A stretch of DNA of 64,000 nucleotides from Planctomycetota bacterium (GTDB taxonomy: Bacteria; Planctomycetota; B15-G4), in the NCBI GenBank assembly GCA_038212275.1, contig JBBQUR010000006.1, forward strand, positions 1-64,000. The letters run 5' to 3'. Below are positions 10,238 through 19,609 of the stretch, piece by piece; the first letter of the stretch is position 1, and each line of letters opens with the position of its first letter. A program made the position numbers and the translations under genes. Below the pieces are notes generated by a model. It did no database searches and was not told the origin of the DNA. It worked only from the letters and a program-made list of their open reading frames with translations.

Positions 10238-11080
10238 TCAGCGCAGCGCGAAGCCTGCGACGGCGGCGAGGAGCATCACGGCGCCGAGCACCACGTTGCG
10301 CCGCGAGCCGGAGGGCGGGCGCGCGATGAAGGTCGGCTTGCTCCAGCGCTCGACCGAGAGCGTGCCGCCCGGCGCGCAGGCGATGACGAGCTTGCCGTCC
10401 TCGCCGCGCATCACGTGACCCTTCACGAGCACGTTGTCTCCCGGGTCGAGGCGCGTCTCCTCCAGGAAGATCGCGCGGCGCACGCCTGGTGCGAGGAAGG
10501 GGTCCACGCCCAGCTTGCGCAGGTGCTCGCCGACGGCGCGCGGCGTCTGGTCGTAGCTGCGCAGGTCCTCGTCCAGCTGCTTCGGGAGGCGCACGTCGAT
10601 GCCTTCGCTGCGCACCCAGATGCTGCCGGTGACGTCCTTCAGCCAGAAGTCGCAGAGTTTGCTGCGCTCTTCGAGCACGCGCTTCTCGCCGCTGGCCTCG
10701 TCGAGCAGGCGGATCGCGTAGGAGAAGTAGCTGCACTTGGTGGAGGTGAGCGGCGAGAGCAGACCCTGCTTGGGAGGCACGACGCGTCCGACGACTTCCA
10801 CCGGCCCCTCGCGCAGTTGCTCGATGGCGAAGAGCGGCCCGTTGGCCGGCGGCCGCGCCGACGCGAGGCCGGCCAGCCCCGAGCGCAGCAGCAGCAGCCC
10901 GACGAGCGCGAGCAGCGCCCACGGCGCCCACGCCTGGCCCGCGATCCAGAGCGCAAGCAGCGCCAGCATGGCGAACAGCGCGACCATGCGCAGTCCGCCG
11001 CGCGCGCCGCTGCGGCCGGCCTCCGCGTCGGCCGCAGCCACGTCACCGTGGTCCTCGGCAGTGCCGATCGTCCAGGCCAC
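10238..11080 (-). CDS. Membrane protein with GIDE-like domain
   Basis: N-terminal TM pair, GPVEVVGRV...LLSPLTSTKC...FWLKDVTGSIWV...EETRLDPGDNVLVKG, C-terminal TM. Confidence 0.65.
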   Translation of the reverse strand: MAWTIGTAEDHGDVAAADAEAGRSGARGGLRMVALFAMLALLALWIAGQAWAPWALLALVGLLLLRSGLAGLASARPPANGPLFAIEQLREGPVEVVGRVVPPKQGLLSPLTSTKCSYFSYAIRLLDEASGEKRVLEERSKLCDFWLKDVTGSIWVRSEGIDVRLPKQLDEDLRSYDQTPRAVGEHLRKLGVDPFLAPGVRRAIFLEETRLDPGDNVLVKGHVMRGEDGKLVIACAPGGTLSVERWSKPTFIARPPSGSRRNVVLGAVMLLAAVAGFALR

Positions 11081-11083
11081 GCG

Positions 11084-12658
11084 TCAGCGGGTCTCGGCGG
11101 CGGTGTCGGCGAGCCGCTTGTGCGGGAAGGCGATGGGCTTGTTCTTGAAGCTCTCCCACACGCGCATGAACACCTTGCCGACCATGCCGGAGACCGCGCC
11201 CGGATCGTTCGCGAAGGCGCGGATGAGCTTGCCCGGGTTCTTCAGGTTGGCGCGCAGCTGGTATTTCAGCAGCTCGGTGTTGGCCAGCTTCTGCACCTGC
11301 TCGGCGGTCCAGTCGGGCGTCGAGATGACGCCGCGGCTGTAGGTCGCGTCCTCGAAGCGGAAGTCCGGAGGCAGGTAGCCGTTGCGCAGCGAGATGTCGT
11401 AGAGCCGCGTGCCGGGCAGCGGCTGCGCGATGAAGAAGCAGGCGCTGTTGAGGTCCAGCTCGCGGGCGTAGCGGAAGGTCTCGCGGATGTCGTCGAGCGT
11501 CTCGCCCGGGAAGCCGATGATGAAGAAGGCGTTCGTGTCGAAGCCCAGGCGCTTGATCTCGGCGGCGAGTTCGCGGGCTTTGTCGAGTTGCAGGGGCTTG
11601 TGAATGATGTTGTCCACGACCTGCTGGTTGCCGCTCTCGATCGCGAGCGTGAGCTGGTAGCAGCCGGCCTCCTTGGCCAGGCGCAGCAGCGGGATGTCCA
11701 GCGCCCACAGCGCGATGCCGTTGGGCGTGTTCCAGACGACCTTCTTGTGCAGGCCGCGCGCGATCATGCCCTCGAAGATCTCGCGGGCGCGCTTCTTGTT
11801 CTGCGTGAGGTTGTCGTCCTCGAACTGGATCTCCTCGATCCCGTAGGTGTTCACGAGGAATTCCATCTCGTCGAGCAGGCTCTCGGGCGAGCGGAAGCGG
11901 TAGTCGTGCCCCCAGAACTCCACCGACGAGCAGAAGATGCACTTGGCCGCGCAGCCGCGCGAGCTGTACATGACCGCCACCTTGCGGTGCGTCTCGGCGA
12001 TGCCGTGGAAGGTGCCGCCCTGGTAGAGCTCCAGGTTCAACATGTCGCGCGCCGGGTAGGGCAGCGAGTCGAGGTCCGGGATGTAGCCGACTTTCTCGTT
12101 CACGTGGATGCTGCCGTCCGGGTCGCGGAAGGCCAGGCCGTTCACGTCGCGCAGGTCGCCCTGCGTGTTGAGCGCGGCGAGCAGCTCGCGCAGCGCGTAC
12201 TCGCCCTCGCCCTTGACGATGAAGTCCAGGCTGTCGGCCTGCTCCATGCACTGGCGCGCGAGGAAGCTCGGGTGGCAGCCGCCGACCGCCGTGCGGATGC
12301 CCGGGTCGACCTCCTTGATGATGTCGCAGACCTCGCGGATCACCGGCCACACGGAGCTGAACAGGCAGGTCATGCCGACGAAGTCGGGCTTCCAGTCCTC
12401 GATGAGCTTGCGGATGACCTCGTAGCTGACGCCGTTGCGGCGGAAGCCGCGCGGCAGCTCGACCACGTTGTTGAAGTCCTCGCCCGTCGCGTCGAAGAGC
12501 CGCACCTCATAGTCATCGCGAATGACCGCGGCCAGGTGGCTGATGCCCAGCGGCGGCATGAGGCGCGGGAGCAGCTCCTTGCCCAGCCGCGTGGGCGGGA
12601 ACATGAGCAGCACGCGCTTGACGGGGCGCGCGGCGAGGGTGGGCGGTGAGACGGGCAT
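11084..12658 (-). CDS. B12-binding-domain radical SAM protein
   Basis: PPLGISHLAAV, VGGCHPS, GEGE; SRGCAAKCIFC (CxxxCxxC); FIIGFPGET; ATG 12658 with GGAG RBS. Confidence 0.93.
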   Translation of the reverse strand: MPVSPPTLAARPVKRVLLMFPPTRLGKELLPRLMPPLGISHLAAVIRDDYEVRLFDATGEDFNNVVELPRGFRRNGVSYEVIRKLIEDWKPDFVGMTCLFSSVWPVIREVCDIIKEVDPGIRTAVGGCHPSFLARQCMEQADSLDFIVKGEGEYALRELLAALNTQGDLRDVNGLAFRDPDGSIHVNEKVGYIPDLDSLPYPARDMLNLELYQGGTFHGIAETHRKVAVMYSSRGCAAKCIFCSSVEFWGHDYRFRSPESLLDEMEFLVNTYGIEEIQFEDDNLTQNKKRAREIFEGMIARGLHKKVVWNTPNGIALWALDIPLLRLAKEAGCYQLTLAIESGNQQVVDNIIHKPLQLDKARELAAEIKRLGFDTNAFFIIGFPGETLDDIRETFRYARELDLNSACFFIAQPLPGTRLYDISLRNGYLPPDFRFEDATYSRGVISTPDWTAEQVQKLANTELLKYQLRANLKNPGKLIRAFANDPGAVSGMVGKVFMRVWESFKNKPIAFPHKRLADTAAETR

Positions 12659-12807
12659 CGGAGCACTCCGTTCGGACGGTGCACAGAGCTGCAGAGTGAG
12701 GGCGTGGTGAGGGGCGAAGCATATCACGCCCCTCGCCGTCCGATCGGCCGGCGAGGGCTTCAACCTGATGTCCGGACACGCTCGTCGCGGGTGCGCGGTG
12801 CGCCGTC

Positions 12808-14175
12808 CTAGCCGATCTCGCTCAGCGGGACGGCGGCGCCATGGTGCACCGAGAGCAGGGCGGCCTGCAGCACGCGTTGCACCTCCCAGCCGTCGGCAAA
12901 GCCGGGCAGCGGCACCGGGACGGCCTTCGCGGCGGCGCCGCCGGCCACGGCGCTGCAGATGTCCGCGGCCATGTTGGTGAAGCCGTGCTCGTAGCCGAGC
13001 ACGTGCGCCTCGGGCCACCAGTGCGAGACCCAGGGGTGCTCGGCTGCCGTGACCATGATGCGCCGCCAGCCCGCGGTCCGGCGCGGCTCGGTCGCATCGA
13101 AGAAGTGCAGGACGTTCATGTCCTCGAAGTCGAAGCGCAGCGCGCCCCGGTCGCCGTTCAGCTCGATGGAGTTGTCGTTGAGGTGCCCCGTCGCCACGCG
13201 GCTGGCCTCGAAGCTGGCGACGGCGCCGCGCGCCATGCCCGCCAGGAAGAGCACGCAGTCGTCCACGGTGGAGCGGTCCTTGCCGGCTGCGGGGCGGCGG
13301 CGAGCCGGCCGTGCAGCGGCCTCGACGCGGCCCCGTCGCGCGGACGTGGGGCTGCCCTGCGAGGCGGACGAAAGCGTCGCCGCGCTGTCGGCCATGCGCC
13401 TGCGCTGCTCGATGAAGGTGCGCGCCGTGGCGCCGTGGATCACCGCGAATTCGTCGCCGGTGAGGAAGCGCGCCAGGTCGATGAGGTGCGCGTTGAGGTC
13501 TCCGTGGGCGCCGGAGCCGGCGCGCGCGGCGTCGAAGCGCCACGAGAGCGGCGTGTCCTTGCCGCCCCAGCTCTGCAGGTAGCGGGCGCGCACGTGGTGC
13601 AGCTTGCCGATGCGCCCTTCCGCGACGAGCTGATGCGCCAGCGCGACGGCCGGGCAGCGCCGGTAGTTGAACCACACGAAGCTCTGCACGCCACGCCGCG
13701 CGGCCTCCTCCGCGGCGTCGCGCATGACCCGCGCCTGGGCCAGCGTGCCGGCCAGCGGCTTCTCGCAGGCCACGTGCTTGCCGGCCTGCAGCATCGCGAC
13801 CGCGATCTCGGCGTGGCTGTCGTTGGGTGTGCCGATGTCCACGAGCTGCACGGCAGGGTCCGCGGCCAGGTCCTGCCAGCGGACGGTCCAGTGCGCCCAG
13901 CCCCAGCGCTCCGCGAAGGCCGCCAGCGTCTGCTTGTTGCGGCCCGCGATGGTGTGCAGCACCGGCCGTCGCGGCGGCTCGAAGAAGCGCCCGACCTGTC
14001 CCCAGGCATTGCTGTGCGCGCGGCCCATGAAGCCCTGCCCGACGAGCGCGACGTTCAGAGGTGCGGAGCCAGCCGCGGGGCCAGCCGCGGAACCGGCGCG
14101 GCGGGCCGCGCGGGCGGGGCGAGTGACGCCGGCGGAACGAGATGTGCCTGCTGGGCGACGGCGGGCTGCGACCAT
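12808..14175 (-). CDS. Gfo/Idh/MocA family NAD(P)-dependent oxidoreductase
   Basis: VGQGFMGRAHS, IGTPNDSH, GKHVACEKPLA, GAHGDLNAHLIDLARFL, LGYEHGF. Confidence 0.93.
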   Translation of the reverse strand: MVAARRRPAGTSRSAGVTRPARAARRAGSAAGPAAGSAPLNVALVGQGFMGRAHSNAWGQVGRFFEPPRRPVLHTIAGRNKQTLAAFAERWGWAHWTVRWQDLAADPAVQLVDIGTPNDSHAEIAVAMLQAGKHVACEKPLAGTLAQARVMRDAAEEAARRGVQSFVWFNYRRCPAVALAHQLVAEGRIGKLHHVRARYLQSWGGKDTPLSWRFDAARAGSGAHGDLNAHLIDLARFLTGDEFAVIHGATARTFIEQRRRMADSAATLSSASQGSPTSARRGRVEAAARPARRRPAAGKDRSTVDDCVLFLAGMARGAVASFEASRVATGHLNDNSIELNGDRGALRFDFEDMNVLHFFDATEPRRTAGWRRIMVTAAEHPWVSHWWPEAHVLGYEHGFTNMAADICSAVAGGAAAKAVPVPLPGFADGWEVQRVLQAALLSVHHGAAVPLSEIG

Positions 14176-14240
14176 GGCGTGCTCCGAAAGTGCTCTGTGG
14201 CTGCTTCGATGATCGGACCGGCGCGCTAGGATGCCACGCC

Positions 14241-15056
14241 ATGAGTGTTCCGCGATTCATCTTCCGCTCGCTGGGCCTCGCCGTCGCCTCACTGCTCTGC
14301 GGCTGCGGCGATGCCGGTGCCGTGCCGGCCGCGCAGCCGCCGCTCGCCGTGCCCCACGCGCCAGCCGCGCTGCGCGTGCTCGTGCTCTCGGGCGGCGGCT
14401 ATCACGCCTTCGGCGCCAATCTCGACACGCTGCTCGCGGCGCTGCAGGCGCGTGGCCAGTTCCGCTTCACGCGGCTGCGCCTCGGACCCGATGCTCCGGG
14501 TGCGGCCTTCGGGGCCAGCGAGTCCGACAAGATCGCGCGCGCCGTGTTCGGCAGCGATGCGCTGGGCAGGGACTTCGACGTCGTGCTGGCCTACACGCAG
14601 GGCGAGCTGAATCTCACGGGCGACGAAAAAGCTCGCTTGCTACGCTTCGTGCGCGACGGCGGCGGCTTCGTCGGCCTGCACTGCGCGGTGGACAGCCACC
14701 CGGGCTGGGACGACTACATCGCGATGTGCGCCGGACACTTCGCGAGCCATCCGCCCTTCGGCCCCATCCACGTGCGCATCGACGAACCGGGCCACCCGGT
14801 CACGGCCGGCCTGCCCGCCGAGTGGGACCTCACCGACGAGTTCTATCACCTCGAGAACTGGGAGCAGGGCGAACAGACCGTGCTCATGTCCGGTGTCAGT
14901 CCCGCAGGCGGCGAGCGCCGCCCCGTGAGCTGGTGCCGCCCCTTCGACAAGGGCCGCGTGGCAGTGACCATCCTGGGTCACGGCCCCGAGGTGCACGGCG
15001 ACAGTCGCTACCAGCAGTTCGTCGCGCAGGCGCTGCTCTGGGCCGGCGGCCGCTGA
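14241..15056 (+). CDS. ThuA-like (trehalose utilisation) domain lipoprotein
   Basis: Lipobox LLCGC; VLVLSGGGYH, GGGFVGLH, HPVTAGLP, DEFY, GRVAVTILGH. Confidence 0.85.
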   Translation: MSVPRFIFRSLGLAVASLLCGCGDAGAVPAAQPPLAVPHAPAALRVLVLSGGGYHAFGANLDTLLAALQARGQFRFTRLRLGPDAPGAAFGASESDKIARAVFGSDALGRDFDVVLAYTQGELNLTGDEKARLLRFVRDGGGFVGLHCAVDSHPGWDDYIAMCAGHFASHPPFGPIHVRIDEPGHPVTAGLPAEWDLTDEFYHLENWEQGEQTVLMSGVSPAGGERRPVSWCRPFDKGRVAVTILGHGPEVHGDSRYQQFVAQALLWAGGR

Positions 15057-15064
15057 CGCGCGCC

Positions 15065-16777
15065 TCAGTGCGACGGCGGCGCCGGTCTGTCGTCGTCGTT
15101 GGCCAGCAGCCACGCCGTGTTGAAGACCAGCCGCGCGGTGCGCGCGATCTTGTCGAGGTCCAGCTTGTCCAGCGTGTCGCGCCAGGTGTGGTAGTCGGGG
15201 TTGGCCGTGATCGGCAGGTTCTCGAAGAAGAAGAGCGTCGGGATGCCCAGCTTGTGAAATGTGTAGTGATCGCTGCGCGGGAACAGCTCCTGACCTTCGC
15301 GCAGCACGAGCTTCTTCAGCTTCGTGGGCTGCAGTTTCTGGGCGCGGCCGAGCAGCTTTTCCAGCGTCGGGTTCTCCATGAGGCCGAGCACGCAGACCGT
15401 GTCGGCCGGGCCGCGCCCGATCATGTCCATGTTCAGCATCGCGACGACCGAGGCCTTCGGCACGGGCAGCTTGTCGCAGAAGGCCTGGCTGCCGAGCAGG
15501 CCGTCTTCCTCGGCGGCGAAGGCGCACACCATCACGGAGCGGCGCGGCGGCGCCAGCGCGAGCGCCGTCGCCACCTCGAGCAGCGCCGACGTGCCCGAGG
15601 CGTTGTCGTCCGCGCCGAAGCCGACGCGCCCGCGCGGGTCCACGCCGAGATGGTCGTAGTGCGCGCCCAGAACGACGTACTCGCCGGCCAGCGCGGCGTC
15701 GCTGCCGGGCAGCAGCGCGACGACATTGTCGAGACTCACCTCGCGCAACTCGCTGCGCGCGGCCATGCTCACGACGTGGCCGCTCGCGAGCGGCTTGGTG
15801 GGCGGCTTGCCGGAAGCGTCGATCTTCGCAGCCAGTTGCAGCACGTCCTGGCCCATGATGGCCAGCGCCACGGCGGGCGTGATCTCGAGCACCGGAAAGT
15901 CCACGGGCGCCGGCAGGTCGCTGTGCGGCGCCTCGCCGACCCACGAGGCCCACGTGTGACGGAAGGCGAGTTCGGCAGGCGCGGGATCCTGGTCGTTCGC
16001 GGGGCGGCGCACGACGAGCACGCCGGCGATCTTCGCCTCAGCGAGGTGCTTGCACTTCTCGTACACGTCGGCGGCGAGAGAGACCTCCGGCCCCTGAAAG
16101 AGGCGCTTGTGCCGCGGCTCCGCCTCGATGATGACGGCGATCTTCCCGCGCAGGTCGCCGCGGATGTCGTCGTACTTGTCCTCGTGCGAGTCGATGCCGA
16201 AGCCGACGAAGCAAGCCTCGCCGACGGCGCGCCCGCCGGTCTGCCACACCGGAACGAAGTCCTTGCCGTACGTGAAGGTCTGTTCGACAGGCGCCGCGGC
16301 CGTGCCGGCGGTGCCGGATGCGCCGGCTTCGGGCGCGCGCGGCTCGCCCGCCATCGTCATCGAGAGCGCGCAGTCGTCGGGCACCGGCGCAGGGAGCGTG
16401 CGCGTGAAGGGGATCAGAAAGCTGCCGTCCTTTCCGGCGCCTTGCAGTCCCGCGGCCTTGAGCCGATCCACGATGGCCGCCGCGGCGCGCGTGAGTCCCA
16501 GGCTCGGCGAGTCGCGGCCCTCGAGCGGGCCCGAGGTGAGCAGCTTGAGGTCCGCGAGCAGGTCGGCTTCGGTGATCGAGGCGAACGCCGCCTTGGGATC
16601 CAGCGCGACGGCCCCGTCGCCCGGCGCTGCGCGGGGCGCAGCGAACGGCGCCGCAGCCTGCAGCGTCGGGCAAGGGTCGAGAGCCAGCACGAAGGCGAGT
16701 GCGAGGGCCAGCGGCAGCGCGCAGTGCGCCGCTCGTCGTGACGTCGTGACAGCGGACGGGCCGGGCGTGTCGGGCAT
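15065..16777 (-). CDS. Secreted M28 family aminopeptidase with PA domain
   Basis: VVLGAHYDHLG, GADDNASG, AAEEDGLLGS, LNMDMIGR, RSDHYTF, DYHTWRD; signal peptide. Confidence 0.92.
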   Translation of the reverse strand: MPDTPGPSAVTTSRRAAHCALPLALALAFVLALDPCPTLQAAAPFAAPRAAPGDGAVALDPKAAFASITEADLLADLKLLTSGPLEGRDSPSLGLTRAAAAIVDRLKAAGLQGAGKDGSFLIPFTRTLPAPVPDDCALSMTMAGEPRAPEAGASGTAGTAAAPVEQTFTYGKDFVPVWQTGGRAVGEACFVGFGIDSHEDKYDDIRGDLRGKIAVIIEAEPRHKRLFQGPEVSLAADVYEKCKHLAEAKIAGVLVVRRPANDQDPAPAELAFRHTWASWVGEAPHSDLPAPVDFPVLEITPAVALAIMGQDVLQLAAKIDASGKPPTKPLASGHVVSMAARSELREVSLDNVVALLPGSDAALAGEYVVLGAHYDHLGVDPRGRVGFGADDNASGTSALLEVATALALAPPRRSVMVCAFAAEEDGLLGSQAFCDKLPVPKASVVAMLNMDMIGRGPADTVCVLGLMENPTLEKLLGRAQKLQPTKLKKLVLREGQELFPRSDHYTFHKLGIPTLFFFENLPITANPDYHTWRDTLDKLDLDKIARTARLVFNTAWLLANDDDRPAPPSH

Positions 16778-16899
16778 GCGCTCGATTGTGCGCGAGCTTC
16801 GTCGGCGCGGAAAGGGTCGTCGCGGCGGCGCCCGCGCTTTCCTTAGAGTCTGCGCGGGCCACGGCACGTCTCTCCGCTCATCTCCCGGAATCCAGAACA

Positions 16900-17658
16900 G
16901 TGGCCGGACCTGCTTCCTCGCGCACGAAGCTGCTCCTGCTCGCCGTGCTGTTCGCCGCGGTGCTCGCCGCCATCCGCTGGCTGCCGATCCGGGCGGGCGT
17001 GGACTGGGTCGCGGGACTCGGCGCGTGGGGGCCCGTGGCGCTTGGTGCGCTGTACGCGGCGGCCTGCGTGCTGGCGGTGCCGGCGTCGGTGATGACACTG
17101 GCGGCGGGCGCGCTCTTCGGCGTGCCGATCGGCGTGCTGACGGTGTCGCTCGCCTCCACGCTGGGGGCGACGCTCGCCTTTCTCACGGGGCGCTACGTCG
17201 CGCGCGACTGGGTTTCGGTGATGGTCGCCGGCAAGCCGCGCTTCGCCGCCGTGGACGCGGCCGTCGCGAAGGAGGGCTTCCGCATCGTGCTGCTCACGCG
17301 CCTCTCGCCGCTCTTCCCGTTCACCTTGCTCAACTTCGGCTACGGACTGACGCGCGTGAGTCTGCGCGACTACGTGCTGGCCTCGTGGATCGGCATGATT
17401 CCCGGCACGATCATGTACGTCTACCTCGGCTACGCCTTCGGTGCGGCGGCCGGCGCTTCGGAGCACGAGACGACGCCCGCCGAATGGGCGCTGCGCGGGC
17501 TCGGACTCGTCGCGACGATCGCGGTGACGCTGTCCATCACCCGCTTCGCGAGGCGCGCGTTGGCGCAGGCCGCTCCGGAGACGGTGGCGACGGTTGCTGC
17601 CCCGCCGGTTGCGGACCTCCCGGCCGCAGGCGGCAAGTCGCGGCAAGGTGCGCCATGA
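16900..17658 (+). CDS. TVP38/TMEM64 (VTT/DedA superfamily) membrane protein; start uncertain
   Basis: VPASVMTLAAGALFG, GATLAFLTGRY, LLTRLSPLFPFTLLNFGYG. Confidence 0.9.
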   Translation: MAGPASSRTKLLLLAVLFAAVLAAIRWLPIRAGVDWVAGLGAWGPVALGALYAAACVLAVPASVMTLAAGALFGVPIGVLTVSLASTLGATLAFLTGRYVARDWVSVMVAGKPRFAAVDAAVAKEGFRIVLLTRLSPLFPFTLLNFGYGLTRVSLRDYVLASWIGMIPGTIMYVYLGYAFGAAAGASEHETTPAEWALRGLGLVATIAVTLSITRFARRALAQAAPETVATVAAPPVADLPAAGGKSRQGAP

Positions 17659-17701
17659 GAGGTGCGCCACGCGAGCTGCGCGATGAGAGGTGTGCGATGA
17701 G
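17646..17701. repeat. Degenerate 14-bp tandem repeat x4 (AGGTGCGCCATGAG-like)
   Basis: Units start at 17646, 17660, 17674, 17688. Confidence 0.7.
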
Positions 17702-17725
17702 CAGCGCACCGCGAGGCAGGTCGTC

Positions 17726-19405
17726 GTGAGCGGCACGCCGGTCGAACTGCCGCCGATGGACGAGCACAACCGACGGCTGATCGCCGCCGTGCATCCCGGC
17801 GACTGGATCAACCCCGTGCCGGCGGACCGCTACAACCTCGTCGTCGTCGGTGCGGGCACGGCGGGCCTGGTGTGCGCGGCCGGTGCGGCCGGCCTTGGCG
17901 CCCGGGTCGCGCTCATCGAGCGCCACCTCATGGGCGGCGATTGCCTCAACGTGGGTTGCGTGCCGAGCAAGGCGCTGCTGGCGGCGGCGCACGCGGTGGC
18001 CGACGTGCGCCGCGCGTCCCGCTTCGGCGTGCGCGTCGACGGCGACGTGAGCGTGGACTTCCCCGCGGTCATGGAGCGCCTGCGCCGCCTGCGCGCCGAC
18101 ATCGCACCCAACGACAGCGCCGCGCGCTTCCGCGACCTCGGCGTGGACGTCTTTCTCGGCGACGGGCGCTTCTCGGGGCCCGATCGCGTGGAGGTGCTCC
18201 CGGGCGGGCGCGGGGCTACCGGCATCGAGCTGCGTTTTGCGCGCGCCGTCATCGCGACAGGCGCGCGCGCGGCGCTGCCACCGATTCCCGGGCTCGCGGA
18301 ATCGGGTGCGCTCACGAACGAGACCGTCTTCTCGCTCATGGAGCTGCCGGCGCGCCTTGCGGTGCTGGGCGGCGGGCCGATCGGCTGCGAGCTGGCGCAG
18401 GCCTTCGCGCGCTTCGGCAGCAAGGTCACGATCCTCGAGACCGGAGCGCAGCTGCTGGGCCGCGAGGATCCCGACGCGGCGGCGCTCGTGGCCGCCGCGC
18501 TGCAGCGCGACGGCGTGACGCTGCAGCTTCACTGTCGCACCGAGCGCGTGGAGCGCCGCGGCGCGGAGCTCGTCCTGACGCTGGGTCCGGCTCCCGCAGT
18601 GCGCGACGGCGCGCCGGGCGCGTCAGCCGCGTCACCCGCGTCACACGCGTCACCCGCGTCACCCGCGTCACCCGCGTCGCACGCGTCACTCGCGTCACAC
18701 GCGTCACACGCACGCTTGGTCGGTGCGCCGCCGCCGCGCGAGCTGGTCGTGGATGCGCTGCTCGTGGGCGTGGGGCGCGCGCCGAACGTCGAGGGCCTCG
18801 GTCTGGAGGCAGCGGGCGTTGCCTTTGACCCGCGCGCCGGCGTCACCGTCGACGATCACCTGCGCACGAGCAACCCGCACATCTTCGCGGCCGGCGACAT
18901 CTGCTCGAAGTTCAAGTTCACGCACGCCGCGGACTTCATGGCGCGCATCGTCATCCAGAATGCGCTGTTCATGGGCCGCAAGCGGGCGTCGGCGCTCACC
19001 ATTCCGTGGTGCACCTACACCGATCCGGAGGTCGCGCACGTCGGGCTCACGCAGGCCGACGCGGCGGCCGCCGGCCTGGCCGTGACCACTTTCACGCAAC
19101 CGATGCGCGAGAACGACCGCGCGCTGCTCGACGGGGACGAGGCGGGCTTCGTGCGCGTGCACGTCGCGGCCGGCGGCGACCGCATCGTGGGGGCGACGAT
19201 CGTCGCGCGGCACGCGGGCGAGATGCTCGCCGAGCTCACGCTGGCGATGACCGCGGGAATCGGCCTCAGCCGCCTTGCGTCCACGATACACAGCTATCCC
19301 ACGCAGGCCGACGCGATCCGCCGCACGGGCGATCTCTACAACCGCACGCGCCTCACGCCCTTCGTGAAGCGCCTCTTCGAGCGCTGGCTGGCCCTCCGGC
19401 GCTGA
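17726..19405 (+). CDS. Class I pyridine nucleotide-disulfide oxidoreductase (MerA/LPD-like; not a bona fide MerA)
   Basis: VVGAGTAG, GGDCLNVGCVPSK redox disulfide, LGGGPIGCE, AAGD, TYTDPEVAHVG, IHSYPT; no C-terminal Cys pair. Confidence 0.9.
   Translation: MSGTPVELPPMDEHNRRLIAAVHPGDWINPVPADRYNLVVVGAGTAGLVCAAGAAGLGARVALIERHLMGGDCLNVGCVPSKALLAAAHAVADVRRASRFGVRVDGDVSVDFPAVMERLRRLRADIAPNDSAARFRDLGVDVFLGDGRFSGPDRVEVLPGGRGATGIELRFARAVIATGARAALPPIPGLAESGALTNETVFSLMELPARLAVLGGGPIGCELAQAFARFGSKVTILETGAQLLGREDPDAAALVAAALQRDGVTLQLHCRTERVERRGAELVLTLGPAPAVRDGAPGASAASPASHASPASPASPASHASLASHASHARLVGAPPPRELVVDALLVGVGRAPNVEGLGLEAAGVAFDPRAGVTVDDHLRTSNPHIFAAGDICSKFKFTHAADFMARIVIQNALFMGRKRASALTIPWCTYTDPEVAHVGLTQADAAAAGLAVTTFTQPMRENDRALLDGDEAGFVRVHVAAGGDRIVGATIVARHAGEMLAELTLAMTAGIGLSRLASTIHSYPTQADAIRRTGDLYNRTRLTPFVKRLFERWLALRR
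18620..18709 (+). repeat. In-frame 9-bp tandem repeat x10 (GCGTCACMC, encoding ASP/ASH)
   Basis: Directly visible inside the oxidoreductase gene. Confidence 0.9.
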
Positions 19406-19446
19406 TCTCCGCCACATGGCGCGATGTGGCGCCCCGTGGCCCTGCT

Positions 19447-19500
19447 CGCCCTCAGTGCGCCCTCAGTGCGCCCTCCTCGCGCCCTCATTGCGCCCCTTGG
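19447..19500. repeat. Intergenic 11-bp tandem repeat, about 5 units (CGCCCTCAGTG-like)
   Basis: Units start at 19447, 19458, 19469, 19480, 19491. Confidence 0.75.
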
Positions 19501-19609
19501 CGGCGTGTCCGGCCGAGAGTCCCCTCAAGACACCCTCCGCCGCCGCCGATCAGTGCGGACCTTTCGTATCCGCGCCGTCCGGCGCCCCAACGCGGAGCCT
19601 CGTTGACTC

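Noticed and set aside
10208..12649. Long antisense or alternate-frame ORFs (e.g. 10208..12649+, 4576..6864+, 27145..29610-, 53096..55261-, 60275..62302-)
   Set aside because: Shadow ORFs expected from high GC3; Arg/Ala/Gly-rich, no motifs, and overlapping well-supported genes
17726..19405. Calling the reductase merA
   Set aside because: No NmerA domain, no C-terminal Cys-Cys, no mer operon genes
17646..19500. Short repeat arrays as possible CRISPR
   Set aside because: Units are 9-14 bp, directly adjacent with no unique spacers, and no cas genes are present
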